From NCBI GenBank assembly GCA_012026655.1, contig JAAILG010001153.1:1-64000 (forward strand): a DNA stretch of 64,000 nt. Direction: 5' to 3'. Positions 23,648 to 38,237 of this stretch are shown here, one piece after another. The notes beneath the pieces are model-generated. The model saw nothing but the letters and a program-made list of their open reading frames with translations, searched no databases and was not told the DNA's origin. The translations under genes and the position numbers were made by a program. How positions within the stretch are numbered: the stretch's first letter is position 1; the number at the start of each line of letters is the position of its first letter. Source of the stretch: Hydrolagus affinis. Its lineage: Eukaryota.

Positions 23648-26029
23648 TTATGTGGATGATGCTGCAATCTGCCCTCCACGCGCAGCAACATTCCTCACTA
23701 TTTATTCACTATCAGGTTTCTAGACCAGACATTTATTTTAATATTCTAAGAATTCTAATATGTGGTCAATGTACCAATGCAATACCAACCAGGTAAGCTC
23801 TCCGAGACGCCGTCCGGCATGAAGGGCACTATATAAATCCAAATTGTTGTTGTAACAAGTGAACAGTCATCTCCTGCAAAGTAGCCTCTCCACGCCTTTG
23901 TTACAGGTTTGCCTCAGCGAGATTTTATTCCTCTTTCATGCGGCAAATCAACCTAGAGTGGAGAAAAAGTACTAACTGTTTTGGGGGAGGCAGAGAGTGC
24001 ACATGTAAATGAGTATGACTTCACACAGTGATAATGTTCTGTTTACTTATTTGCAGTGCTGAAATGTTACCGCTTTAGTGCATACACTGTGCCTATCATC
24101 TGTAATATTTACACAACAAACGTGTAGTTTCAACCTTTAACTATTAACAATAATCCCTCACATCATGCATCATGCAGCACATTGAAGTACAGGCTGGAGT
24201 ACGGCAATGTGCATTGTGAGAGATGCGGCTGATGTTTGAGGCAAAATTTTAACCGCAATGGAGTGCACATCCTACTGAGGACACTGATAGCATTGCAATC
24301 ATTCTGCGCTGTTAAGGATTTACATTCCTCCACTTAGAAGGCGGCACAGCTGTTTCATTGTCGACTTTTATAATCTGTGCTCTTATTCACTGATTCCTTT
24401 TGAAGCAGCTAATCATCTCAGAGATCAGTAAAATTACACACGCATCTGAAACTTCTTGTAGCTGATTATGTGAAAAGCTTTTTTTTAATTAGAATCTTAT
24501 TTCATACACAGAGCTAGAAACTAACAATAACCATGCATGTGGTGATTCCTAACAGTTTACTGAATTGGGTAAGTGATCTGCTTTCCCCCGACCACCCAAC
24601 ATACACACACACATTTACTTTTCTCCTTTCTTGAAATGTGACTTGCCAACTGGTTTCCCTTGAGGTCAGATTCAGTGTTTTATTGCACGTTAGTTCTTTA
24701 GTTCCTCTGCGCTCGAAGCACGATTGAAACAACACCTTGCCACCTTGTCTCTGCAGATGCTTTTCATTCTCAACTTTTCATTCTCACTGTCAGAATTAAC
24801 CATCAGGAAATCAGACGACAACACAACAAAGTCCATACAGGAATAAGTGCTTCAGTGTACATTCCGGTATAGGGAAGCACACTCTCCCTCATGGAAGCTG
24901 TCATGGGTAAGAGAACACATTGGCAGGACACAGAAATGGGTGACTTTTTAATTCAAGAGGGACAACAGAACCAATAACAGGAGGTAGATACACAAGACCG
25001 CTGTGCAACAAGTGTTCAGCCGTCTGCGTGGAGACATAAGTACATTGCGAAACATTTTGCAGCCTCAGAGGACTGAGTGCTGACAGAATATGCTCTCTGG
25101 TGAATGTCATACTCTCACACGAGAAGATCTTCCTCCGCCCTTTTATTGTACAGAAGTGTCATCAGAGCCATGCTCAGTCCACTCGAGACAGCTAAAGGTG
25201 TTCTCCAGTGGCATGTGAGAACATCATTTAATGGCACTGTGGGACTGAAGGTGACTGTGCTGAAGGTGACTCTGCTGAGGATATTTGCATTGAGGAATTG
25301 TCCCCGAGCCTTTTTACACAATGATATGATGGAAAAATGCAAATGCACAAAAATATATACTTGGTGTTGTTGTATCATGACTTTTAGAATGTTACTGTTA
25401 ATCCATGGCAGTCGGTGTCCTAGAGCAGCATTTACAATTATATTTTCAATTTAATGCCGCACTAGATTGTACAAATGGTAACGGTAGACACATTTAGGTC
25501 TAAAATGTGGGATTTGTAAAAGGATTCCTTAATAAATTGTAAATTTGCAACAAATATTGTTAGTGAGTACAGTACTGTACTCTCATCTCATAATGTCAAG
25601 TGTTACACTGCGCCCATGTATAGCCTCAGGGCTTATCCCACAACAACAACAAAATTACATTTATAGAATGCCTTTCACGTCGGGAGGACATTCCAAGGCA
25701 CAAGCAGTTAGGCAATGGGGGAAATAATTTCCTCTCTCTCACTCAGATTCCACGGACTTCCAACAACAACAACATCAACCAGAACTTGCATTTGTATTGT
25801 GTCATTACCAAATTGGACTGAGTGTTCCACATATGTATGCCACCAACACATAGAAATTTCTCAGCATGGAATATGTCTTCCTTCCTGAAGAAGTGCAGCT
25901 TGCTTACCTAATCCCAGTATAAGGCAATGGATGGCGAGAACTATTTGCATAACCTTAGTAAGAAATCCTGTTAGAAATCCCACATATTGGATCCCAATAT
26001 TCTTGCAGATACCCAGTAACATATCTGCT

Positions 26030-26320
26030 GTACACGCATTCATCACATCAAGGCTCGACTATGGAAACTCCCTCCTCGTTGGCTTTCTTGGCTTTTCCCT
26101 TTCACAAGCTGCAGATCATCCAAAACTCTGCAGCTCATATCCTCTCCCACTCCAAGCTCACTCCCACCCTTGCCCGGCTCCATTGGCACCGCAGAGGATT
26201 GAATTCAAAAGCCTCGTCCCCGACTTGACTGTTCAGCGCCTTGGCATGTCCTCCCGACATGAAAGTTGCTCTATAAATGTAATTTTGTTGTTGTTGTTGC
26301 TGCTGTAATTTTGTTGTTGT
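26030..26320 (+). mobile_element. Internally deleted L2 3' fragment
   Basis: VHAFITSRLDYGNSLLVG motif and an L2 tail with (TTG)n. Confidence 0.85.
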
Positions 26321-27530
26321 TATGGAGGTGTGATTTGAATAAAAGTTCTCTAGGAATCTTCTCTTTTCCCTGTCTCTCTTTTTCTTGGCTATTTAGTAGC
26401 ATGTACTGGTGGTGTGACTACATGCGCAGCCTTTATTGGTGGTGCATCTTCTGGCCGGTTACTCTTTTCCTCGTATTTGCCTTCCAATGATCAGATTCCT
26501 TTGTCGAATTTAAAACTGGAAACATATTTCTGCCCGGTTTGACACTTAAATGACCATGAAGATGTGAACTTGTCCAGGCAATTTGGTTAGCTGGAAGCTA
26601 CCAATGAGTTTACCCTTTTGTTATGTCCATTTGTTTATTGGGACACAAAATCATACCCACAGATCTTTTGACATATTTGGGAAAGCTGGTTTATTTGTCC
26701 TTCTATAGCCTAGAGCCTTGAGGCCAATTGTAGCATCTCTAACACTGGCCTGACCAAAATAATGTCACTTGGTTTAGGTTAAAGATTGAACTTGGGAACT
26801 ACAGTATCAGGACTTTAGGACTGAGCTCCTCATGAGGTAAACTTGCAGATCCATGGTGCAGGCTCTATATTCCCTTTTACTGAATGATTCTCGCAGATGG
26901 TATACAAGACCTTCTTTATACGGTAAATCTAATCCTGATGAAATGTGTGTGTCAAGAACATTCCAAAAAAGCAAATTGACCCGATGTAGATCGTTAGGGA
27001 ACAGAGAACTCCTGTTTCTTCAGTCTCACACCAGTCAGAAAACTGTCAGTTTGGTGTTGAAATTATTTCCATGGGAATATACAAGAAGATGACACATCAG
27101 GCAGAGTAGCCCCAGAGATTTTCCAGTCAATCCAGCCATTTGTCTGTCAGATTGGTCCACAGAACTTAGACCAGGTTATTGCAACAAGATGATTGCTGAA
27201 TACTGTTGTGTTTGCATAATGTTGAGTAACTTATGTTTACAATCCGAATAATGTTATACTGGCGGTTGTTCCTGGTTGTGCTTGGTATGTTTTGCACATA
27301 TTTGAGTTTGCGTATTTGTTGTAGCCATATAATGTTACACCTTTACAGAGACTGGATAATGTTTTACCAGAGTTACTGCAGCACCTGAAACCCAGAATGA
27401 AGAGGCAGGTGGATGGTCCATTGAGAACAAGAATGGATTAATGGATAGGCAGATGATCCAATGAGAAAAGGCTCACAGTACAGTATTTTACAGGAGTTCA
27501 TAAGGGATGTTCCCTTATTATCACAGTACA

Positions 27531-27822
27531 TAATAAATAATAATAATCCTTGCATTTGATATAGCACTTTTCACATCTTCTAGACATCTCAAATCGCTTC
27601 ACAAAATATACTGTAAAGTGAATTGACTGTATACTTGTGGGCAAAACACGGCAGCCAATTAGGTACAGCAGTATCCCACAAACAGTTGTGGATTGAAATG
27701 ACCAATCTATTTTTTTTTGAGGGATTACTATTAAGCGTGTGGAGAAACAAAACTTGCCCAAAAATTTGCCCTGACCTGCCTGGATTCGAACACATTCTAA
27801 CCACTGAGCTACAGGACTCCAC
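27531..27822 (-). mobile_element. tRNA-derived SINE, near full-length
   Basis: (TAA)n tail, core, reverse-complemented B box ggattcgaac and head ctaaccactgagctacaggactccac. Confidence 0.92.
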
Positions 27823-28239
27823 AATCATTTTAAAAATATATTTTCTCTGCACAACTGAGTAAGACATTAAGCAGACTCGACTCTATCACTGGAAATATGG
27901 TATGAATAACCATAGACTATTAGAACTTCTAATTGGTCAATAAGCACCAGTTCCAGTTTTCAGCATTGCACTAAGACTTATTAGTAATCGTGCAAAATAA
28001 ATAGATGATGCATCATGGCAAATGGACTTAATTAGCACTGCACACTGACCTCATAACATATAGTACAGCATTTACCAGCTAATACATCTCCACATACTGC
28101 TGGGCAAAATTAACCCCCATCTAATGAGGAATAAACCATTGCACTCCCCTCTGCCTCCCCTCTTCCAGTGTATTTCTTTTTCAAGAGAGATCTGTAGTTG
28201 TTTGTATACAGTTTAATAAAACTTATCATGTTGATTATT

Positions 28240-28612
28240 TCTGTCAAATCCTTGGGGCTCATAATTGTGGGTTCAAGCCTCAGAGTAGAGATTTTGATCT
28301 TGGTATCTATGCTGGTATTCCAGTTCTGGGAGGAATCACTGCATTGTCTGAAGTGCTGTCCTTTGAATGAAACATTAGAATGAAGTCTCACCTACCTGTT
28401 CAAGTTGACATTATTTGGAAAGGGAAGAATCCAGTCTAATAATCTCTGAAGATAAAATTTGTCATTCACTTTGTGGCTGTTTGCAGGCCATTACCATATG
28501 CAAATTGGTTACATTTGCCTACAAATACTGTACACAGCAATTACGTTTCACAGTAAAATCCTGAGAAGCTCTTTGGGACACCTTGATGACGTTATAAGAT
28601 GTTTTATCAAAT
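28240..28612 (+). mobile_element. Degenerate older SINE (DeuSINE-like)
   Basis: ttgtgggttcaagcc...ctgcattgtctgaagtgctgtcctttgaatgaaacatta...tgcaaattgg...ctttgggacacc is collinear with the 36215 and 63435 copies. Confidence 0.55.
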
Positions 28613-29299
28613 GATTCGTACAACCTCAGATTCAAATCATTTCCTGGATTGCTTGGCAGAGTTCCATAACTTCCAATGCACCTGCCAACTGCATTAATAA
28701 GGAGGGTAGCTCAATGTGCTTGTTTCATTGAAATGTCTGTGCAACCCATCCATCAGTGAGGCTGTGCATGGTCTGTCGCAATGTGATCATTGTGATTGAA
28801 ATGAATAGTGAGCTAACCAGATTCAGAGTAATGTAGAATGAAATCTGGCAGTAGATTCAGAACAGGCTAGCAGTGCTCCGTATTTCACATGTAATTTAAC
28901 AAAGAGATTTTAAACTAGAATTGTATGGACAGCAGAAGTAGTTGGAATAGGTTGAGAACTGAGTGAGAGGTAATATTGCACGGTTTCTGGTTATTGGGAA
29001 GGAGCAGAGCTGAAGAATTTACATTTCATTAGAGAAAAATTATACGGTGACCAAACATTATATTCCATTGTAAAACATGAATTGCAGCTTGCCAATTGTC
29101 TGAAATATGTGCTTGTTTGCTTGGATTCTGATTTATTTTTCTGAAATCCATAATATCAATAATATCTGAATGAATCTGATTTTCTCTGGTTGGCACAATG
29201 CATTTTCTATCAGAAAGCCAGGAGTGAACATCTCGCTGAAGGTCAAATTGTTTCATTTAAGTGGATTTTTCATATATTTTTATTCCCAAATGAAAACTG

Positions 29300-29690
29300 T
29301 GGCCAAACTCCAGATCTGGTTGTTTTAGCTTGGGGATCTTAAACAGCATTAGATATAAATAAGCCATAGATGTGTATGAAGAAACCAAAAGGTTTCTGTT
29401 CCATTGAGTTAGAATGAGTGAAGAATAACCCCTTAAATGATTACATGGCAACCAGACTAGACAGGAGATGCATTTGGATCGTTGAGGAAATGGGTGAAGT
29501 TCTGGTTAATAATTGTAGAAGTTCTCATAAGTATGACGCCTCTAAGTATTGTGCTTAAATGTGTACACATGAGGGAGAAGGGAATTAAGTTGTATAATGA
29601 ATGAATGAAGACTCATGTGGACTACAAACAGCAACATAGATTAGTTGAGCAGAATGGCCTGTTTGCCTGCTGTACATTCTATGTAAATCA
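29300..29690 (+). mobile_element. Degenerate CR1 3' fragment
   Basis: Ends with ...gttgagcagaatggcctgtttgcctgctgtacattctatgta, a CR1-type 3' terminus; upstream aggtttctgttcca and ggagaagggaatt are CR1-like remnants. Confidence 0.55.
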
Positions 29691-30922
29691 AAGTAAACCT
29701 GATGACTGGAAGATAGAGAATGTCAGCAATTATTTCAAATAAGGAGTGAGACAAGCACCTGGAAATCATTGACCAGTTAATCTCACATAGAGTATGTAAA
29801 TACTTGAGAGCATTATACAAAGTCATTTGGTTTGGGCTAGATTGGAGTGATGTAGGTAATTGAATAATGTCTGTGATCCTGATCATGATACAACAGGTAC
29901 ACAGCACAGAGAAGAGCACAGTGCACAGCAAGAGAAGACCCTAAGTGCAGTAACAGCCGTCCAGCAGTGTGGAGAGTTTATCAGAGTGTGACCCACAGTA
30001 TACAGCACCGTTGACGGTACATACAAGATTCTTCCTCGTTCCTTGCATGTAAACAGATTTTGACATATCTATTTATACTTTACCTCTGCTCTGATGTTGC
30101 ATGCTATGGTTTATGATGTGTATTTGCTGTGTGCATTATACCGTGCTCACTGCGATACATAGGTAGACTTGTTTATAGAAGATATAATGCCTACGCCTGG
30201 CAGATTGTACACACTGCTAATGCATCTCTTTTTTTCACCTTCCATAACAGATCAGCCAGGTTCACCTGGACAAAGAGTACAGCACCAGAGCGCAAATCTA
30301 CAGCATATAATCACTTAATCCCCAATGGCCAATACTATACAAATCAGTTTGCTGCAATAACTAATATAATATGATGCCTCTTTTATGAAAAGATAGTTAT
30401 TATTATGTGTTTTATGACAAATTGTTTATATAGCGTTAATCTCTGGGGTTTAAACATCCAGTGGTAGCATTAGGGATGCCAGGAACAAGATACTGAAAGA
30501 ATACTCTTAAAAATGAAATGTAACCACACGGGTCCCCTGCCATCAGCTTTATCCTCTTCTGCTTCCTAATCCATCTGAATGATACGAGCAAAGTCTGCCA
30601 AGAATATCCAGATGAAACCCTGCCCGTGGCTGTGTTGTGCAATGCTACATAGCACCTGCACAATCTTGGGCACCACGGGTGGCTCCTGTAAAATGGAAAT
30701 CCCCATAACGGGGTACTGTTGAGGTCAATAGGTAATTTGTTGTCAATGCATCACATTAATGCAGTAGAAGTCCATTCCCCTATGCAACTATTCAATGTTA
30801 TTCACTATTAAAATTCTTAATGCTACTTGTGTGCTACTTCAATAAAAACCACCTCTGGGAATTGTCTGCAACTGCACGGAATTTCACTCTCTTCATCTGA
30901 AACTTTTAACTGTTGCTCATCG

Positions 30923-31022
30923 NNNNNNNNNNNNNNNNNNNNNNNNNNNNNNNNNNNNNNNNNNNNNNNNNNNNNNNNNNNNNNNNNNNNNNNNNNNNNN
31001 NNNNNNNNNNNNNNNNNNNNNN
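30923..31022. other. Assembly gap (100 N), followed by poly-C
   Basis: Run of N. Confidence 1.
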
Positions 31023-34000
31023 CCCCCCCCCCCCATAGCTGCAAGGCAATCCAACGTCACATAGAGCACAAGTTATTGTTCACCTACAAAAAATACACAT
31101 TCACTATACTTTACAATATAGCCTCCTGACCCGAAAGACAAATCAAATGAAATAATAATTATTAAGGACGTTATTATTGTTATGTCACTGGAGTTTAATT
31201 CGCAAGATGGGTTAACAACCCATATGCCTCGTTTGTGTGCTGGGTTAAAGCATGTAGAAATGAATATAAGTACGCTTAGTTTTGTAGTTAACAAACAATA
31301 TAAAAGATGACCAAATTACCTGTATTTCTTTTCATTGGTTATGAATTGCAAAACCCAACCTGCAAACTATATACAAGGGCTGATAACCTAAAGCATGCAA
31401 ATCAATTATGTTCTTATCCCAAGAGTGGGCTTGTTGGGTCTGCTGGTACTTTGCACTCTTTCCTTTCCAGGTATCTATGTGTCAAAAGGCAAGTTAAGGA
31501 CAGACACCAGGATGTATTTCAAGGCACGCCAATGTTTACACATTTCATAATTATTGACTGGGACAGGTTCCCAGGAAGGGTGGCTGAGGCCAAAATATTG
31601 GAGTCATTGATAGATAGCTTGGTGCTGTGATGGGAAGATGATAGAATGAGGATTCTGGAAGGGTGAGATAAGATGAGCCAAAGGGCTTTTTTCACTCAAA
31701 CCAATCTTGCAATTTTATATCTTCGGTTTCACTAAAACTAATATACAGAAGATGTAGTATTGAGATAATCATTACAACTTTCATTAAATATCAAAGGAAA
31801 AGTTTGCAATAATAAACAGTTTGTATATAGTCATTTTGTACGTGTTGCCTTGAGGTTTTATTTGTGATTGAAGAGTTGTTTTTTTGATAGAAACAAATTG
31901 TACAGTCACCAGGATTCTCATGGCCTATATTGCTCTTGGTGTGGTGGAGATATCTGGTTTGTTATCCTGTTTACCATATGGAAGTCAGCAATAATGCATC
32001 TGGAAATCAAAATGGTACACACTCTTTGACTAGTATGTAAAGAACTCAGCCAGTTATGCCATTGCTAATATTTCAACAGGTCACTGTGACTTCATTTATG
32101 CAGCTTCAAGTTAACAATCATCCAAGGCTCATATGTCCACCCAGTGACCCACAAAATGAAGCAATATTCAACGGAGAACAGGTCTCAAAGATCTGACTGA
32201 CCTGTTGAAGGCTGCATTGGATGGCATTATCAAGTCACGTGTTTTAGCATTTGTGTATATGCTCAGTAGAAACTAGAAATGTACACAAATGGGGAAGCCC
32301 ATTGTGGACCATCTCATCAATGAGAAAACATTTATAGAATCCAGCACCGGCCCTCTCTCTCTATCTCTCTCTCTTACACACACACACGACTTCTTCAACT
32401 AATAGCTATCTTTCCTGTTGAATTTTTGATGAAGCACTGCCTCCGTACTAATCTCTCCTAGTAATGCAATGGACAGACACAGCCTTGTACATCATCTGCC
32501 CATGAAATACGGCCAGTTACCATGTATACATAATGTGTAGATAATATGCAGAAGGCTGTATCAAGCACATCAAGACTTTACAATATATCAAGCACTTTGA
32601 GACACCTTAATGATATGACATGGCACCATATCAAATGCTATGATTATCATTATCATTGTATCTGGTTTTATTCCAACCATTTGTTGAATGTGGAATTATG
32701 ATTGAAATATAGTTGAAAACAGAAAGTGCTGGAAATGCACAGCTCATGCATGAGCACCTCAAGGAAAATGATGGGTTGACATTCTTAGGATTTTGGCTCC
32801 TTTACCAGGGCTGGAACTTCTCCAAAGTACAGTACTGTAATTGGTTTTGTTTTGATCATAACACTGTACACTTCCCAGCATTTACGTTTCATCATTTAAA
32901 ACCTTTTTCTTTAGCCTGCAGATACAAACATCTAATTAGGCAAAGCTGTTTTTCAAGATACTGTATATACAGTATTGTATAAATCTATTTACCAAAAGCC
33001 TCCATTTTCAAAATCAGCTTCCATTTGCATTGCACCGGGTAGTATCTCAGAGTGCTGTACAGTGGTGGGGGTTAGATGCCTAGCATGTGAGAAGGGAAAG
33101 TGAATATAGCTACAGTTGAAGAAATTTTCAAACCTTTGAGAAAGCAATCTTCGCTTGTGTAAATTAGCCAGAATTGTGTGTTTGGTATTAGCCACAAATT
33201 CACTACTGAGCTTTTAAAATATACATAATTCGGGATCTAGCCACAGCTGTTAATGTGGATGCAGATTGCAATAATTGGTATCTTCAGCAAAATAGAATTA
33301 TGGTGGAGTTACTTGTTCTGTGGATGCTGAATATTCCGTGAGCAGATATGTTTACTTTCCTACTTGACTGATGTACCTTCCCTCTGTATTACACTTGGGT
33401 ATTAAGCGCTGGCTGATTCCTGCTGAATTTTCAATGGGTATGAAAAATGCCGGTGGCAAAAAATGTTAGCATTGTTGTTAATTTAAAAGTTATTGACATG
33501 ACATGGTTCTGATGGGGGTGGGGGCCTGACACTGCAGATTAATACATACCTCCTCACATAAATTCTAAATAAATTGCTTGTTTGAACCACACAGCTTGAG
33601 TATCTGACTAATCAGGAACGGTAACATATATTCTAAATATTTTGGCCTAAGGCCTTAGCTCTTTCACACATGTTTCCCTGTGTTTTTTCCACAAAGGAGC
33701 TTTTCAACCATTTCGCATACTGTGCATCAAGTCTGAGAATCACTTTCTGCTGTTTGTTCTTGATTCAGCTCACAGAGAGCTCAGTGCTTCTAATTACAAT
33801 TATTTCGGCCAATTTATATCATTATATGGCATGTGAAGTGTTACTTTCCAGTTCACTTTCTGTGGTTGTGTGGCAAATCACACACAGTGAACAATGCACA
33901 TTTCTTATAGCAGTCACACCCAACACAAAACACATTCAATTGTGGCCAGCTGAAATCGGGGGAGGAGAATGCAACCCTGGAGCTAATGTCTCAGACTAGT

Positions 34001-34296
34001 TTGGTCTGTCAGTGTAACACAATCATTACCCTCGGCAGGCAAGCACCATGCTGCAAATTAAAACACTCCAGTTATTGCCTGTCACAGCATAGTGCTCGTC
34101 TGTGTGAGAATCTCCATAAATTACTACCCGAGCACTCAACAACAACTTGCATTTATATAGTGCCCTTCACATAGGATAACATCTCCGAGCACTTAATTTA
34201 TTAAACGCACTCTGCTAGTACAATTGAGCTACTCACCTCCCTAGTTTCTTCTGGTATGACTGAGGTTGTAAACCTCTTTAGCTCTGAAGGCTACAT

Positions 34297-34937
34297 AACA
34301 ACAACAACAACTTAAACTTATAAAGCGCCTTTCGCGTCGGGAGGACGTCCCAAGGCGCTGCACAGGAGGCGTGTGACCCGAGCTGGGAGGGGAGTGTTCG
34401 GGAAGGGGTGAAACACGTAGGGGAGGTCGAAAAATTTGGGGGGGAACAAAAGGCACGGTCGAAGAAGAAAGTCTTCAGACTCGCCTTGAAAGAGGAAAGG
34501 AAAGAAAGAAGGCGGAGGGATTGGGGGATGGAATTCCACAGGGTGGGAGCGGAGAAACTGAAGGCCCGGCCTCCGATGGTGGGGCGGTTCGGGCAGGGGG
34601 CTTGGAGCAGGCCAATTCCTGCTGAACGGAGGGTCCGGGTGGGCTTATAGGGGGAGAATAGATCGGTTAAATAGGGCGGGGCAAGGCTGTGTAAGGCCTT
34701 GAAGGTGAGGACGAGGATCTTGAACTCAATCTTCTGGAGGATGGGGAGCCAGTGGAGACGGGCGAGGGTGGGGGTTATGTGGTCACAGAGGCGGGTGCGG
34801 GATAGTACACGGGCTGCAGAGTTTTGGATGACCTGCAGCCTGTGAATGGAGGAACTGGGGAGGCCGACGAGGAGAGAGTTTCCGTAGTCCAGCCGTGAGG
34901 TGATGTACGCGTGCACGAGTGTTTCGGCAGCGTGCAT
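34297..34937 (-). mobile_element. 5'-truncated, relatively young L2 LINE (uninterrupted ORF2 C-terminus plus 3' UTR)
   Basis: 219-aa ORF AETLVHAYITSRLDYGNSLL...LARLHWLPILQKIEFKILVLTFKALH...GGRAFSFSAPTLWNSIP, CpG-rich, with a (CAA)n tail at 34297. Confidence 0.95.
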
Positions 34938-36211
34938 ATGTGCCGTCTCGGATGCCGTTTTGCCTGGGTGTTCAATACTGCACTAATAAACCAATAACTG
35001 CTGGATAAATCTTGTGATTTAAATTCTCTCTGAGTAACACTGATAATTGCACCCCATCACTAGGGATCGCTTAAAGTGGTAATGTTTAGTGTATGAGGAA
35101 GGAGAACTGTAAGACAATATCATCAAGGGAAAGGGGAAATGTTAGTAAGTGAAAAGGTGTTGAATGGAAATGCTGAAAACACCTTTGACTACTGGAGGGA
35201 ATAGGCAAGAGGAAAGGATGGAGGTTATTAGACCGCTTTGTGTTTGCTTTCCTTTGCCAATTTGTGGGCTCCTGAAATTTCGAGTGCAAATTGCTTCATT
35301 ATCCAGAAGTTGGAATCTTGTCTTTTCAGTGTGGAATAGATCTTGGGAGATTGTAACTGAATACTGATGAGTTTATCTGCGTTTAAACTTTATCTGCGGG
35401 TATCTTTAAATCCCACCTGAAGACTTACCTCTTTGTCTGGTGCTGACTGTCATATACCCTTTCTTCCTTGCTTGGCATCCACTGTGCAGTGCTCAAAGAC
35501 AGTATCCTGCATGTAAATGCAATTTGTTGTAATAGATGTAAATATCATTGTGTAAATGGGGAAGAATGTTCTTAATAACAATCGTAACACAGAAATACCT
35601 TAGATTTATTTTAAAAACATGATCCTATTTTTCATGCACCAGTTATGTATATGCGCCTTACGCTGTTTCAGTTATTTATCCTCTGTTATACCAAAGCTGC
35701 TTTTCATACCCTGGATACCTCTTATTTAAGTAATAGCAATCTTTCCAATAAAAATCATTAAATCTCAAACTTATCTTAACGGCCTCTCGATTACCATTTT
35801 ATCTGGAATAAAACAGAAGGAAGAACAAGGAAGAGGGAGGAAAGCAGAGTGAGAATAGGTGATAAGAAAACCTGAAATCAATCCTTTTCTGTATCTCTGA
35901 TGCAATCCTGTTGTTGGCCAAGATGAATGTTATTTTTAAAACTGGTATGAGATTTAAGAGCTGTCCCTAAACCAGATGAGGTTGTAATGATTATTCTGGG
36001 TTACTAAATCAGGTGCTGTTATAACATCCTATTCAGCTGTAATGTTTTAATCAGTGCAAGCAGCCTCACGTACACAGAAGTGAGATATGCTGTTTTCCTT
36101 TAACAGAACTAGAGCCGAGTTGTTCTTTGTAACCTCAATGAAGTGAATGTATTCTGAAATAAGGATTCATAATTCACCCTGCCAAGCAATTTCTAAAGAT
36201 GTTCATTTAAG

Positions 36212-36680
36212 TGTCAGCCTAGCTTAGTTTGTAACACTCTTGCCTCTGAGTCAGAAGATTATGGATTCAAGCCATACAGCAGAGCTTTGAATTATAATAA
36301 TTATAATCCTTGCATTTGATATAGGGCCTTATCATGTCACTTAGATATCTCAAAGCCCTTCACAGAATATATTGTAGGATGTGCATTGTAAAGACTGTGA
36401 GAATGAAGTGTAGTGCTGCATTGTTGCAAGTGTAGTCCTTCCGATGAGATGCTAAACTGAGGTCTGATCTGCCAGTTCAAGTGGACGGTTAAGATCCCAA
36501 AGAACAATTTGGAAAGAAATGGAAATTTCTCTGATCAAAATTGATCATTCACTTTATGGTTGTTTGTGTGACAATCCTATGTGCAAGTTTGCTGTTGGAT
36601 TTGCATACAAAATCCACAAAGCCACTGCACTTTGCATAGGATTCTCTGAGACAGTTCAAAAACACAATGAGTTACAACAA
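36212..36680 (+). mobile_element. Older tRNA-headed SINE (DeuSINE-like), interrupted by an antisense SINE tail at about 36295-36375
   Basis: Head cactcttgcctctgagtcagaagattatggattcaagcc and core gatgagatgctaaactgaggtctgatctgccagttcaagtggacggttaagatccc, which resembles the Deu domain as I recall it. Confidence 0.6.
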
Positions 36681-38237
36681 CCACAAAATAACATTTTTAT
36701 AGTGCTTTCATGTCAGGAGGATGTCCCAAAGAGCTGAAAATCATAGTTTCAGACCTGAGCTGGGTTAAGGATCAGGGAGGGTGGAGAGAAGAGAGGGGAG
36801 GGAGGGTGACCAATGGGACTGTGAAAGTTAATATATTAAATGCAAGGATTATTATTATTATTGATCTAATCTTTATATTACATAATTGTGAATGAATATC
36901 AGATACACACTGGCAAGACAGTGAATGTTCAAAATCTGAAATGATACAAACATTTTGAAATGGCAGTTGAAGCTGAATCCATGGTAATGGGACAAAAACT
37001 CGAGGAAAATTAATAATATTAAAACATATGTGGAAAGAGCAGTGGGAATGGAATTAGAGTAGATGGCTCCAGTGGGGAAGTGAGCACCAAGGCAGATAGG
37101 ATGGGCGGAACAGCTTTGCCTACACCATGAAATGTCCAGAAAGGTTAGCAAATTTATCTTTCTCGTTCAGCTGCTGATTGACTTGCTGTGCATAAGAAGT
37201 ATCTGGAAAGCATTGTAGATGGAGTTCGCTGTGGGGAATCAGTTTCAACGTTAAACAAATACCGTACTATGTGTCTCACTGGATTTCTTTCAAATCCACT
37301 CCTGCCTTTGAAGAGTAAATCTCCATTAAAGGGCTCCTCAATAGAACCCTTAAGACTGGCATTTTGTAAAGGTGCAAACCTTAAGTTGACATGAGGAAAA
37401 GGAACCACAGGAAAGCTACGCTTAGCCATCCAGATTTGTTTAGAATATGATTAAAGATTTATCTAGAGAAGGTTTTTGTTAATTTCCCGGGGGGTGTTTC
37501 TCTCTGTACACTATTTTCTTCACAGCCAGCATTTTGCTCTTGTCATTTTATTTGGATTTCACAGTCTTTGACTACAAATTCTGTAAACGGAATTTCACGA
37601 ATCAAAGTTTGCAATTTATACAAAAATTCTGGCTTGAGAATCTCGCCTTGTGACAACCATTCCACAAACCTGTAGTCATGAGGCAAAGCCGAAGAATGTG
37701 CTGCAGTCTTTCCCTAATCCTCTTACAATGTCAGCATGAATTCTTGTTGGACAGATTTGCTCGTTTTTCTTTCTCCTACTTGGAAGAAAAGCCTCGAACG
37801 GTGGACGGATTCTGGAGTATTACGTTAGTGGAAAGCCATTAAATAGAAATGGCTCCAAATGGAAACAGTGGAAGGAGATGAAGTCGCGGGCATAAAAAAT
37901 TAGTTAACTGATTTATTTAGCTGAGGATGAAGTAGCAGGAAATCCTCACGAGTAGCTTAGCAGTGAATGGGATCTAAATGTAATGGGAGCTGGTGGCAGC
38001 AGAGACATTGTGTGGGAGTGGATCAGCTGTCATTGCTTTACACCCAGCATTTGATATGATTTGGGCTTTGGATGCATATGAATTTGCTTTCAACACTAAT
38101 GTATGCAGTGCCTACATGCTCTTTGTATTGGAAGATCAACAAAGCATATGAATGAGATATACAGTGCAGGCAACACATTTTTAAAGACTATAATTTGATA
38201 TTCCGCGTTCACTAAGATGATTGATTTTCTTTTTCAG

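Noticed and set aside
34278-34937. 219-aa ORF, the longest in the window, as a host gene
   Set aside because: It is the C-terminus of L2 ORF2 running into the element's tail, 5'-truncated with no RT core.
35363-35390. Second hammerhead candidate (CTGATGA-GTTT...AAAC)
   Set aside because: No GAAA box follows the putative stem II.
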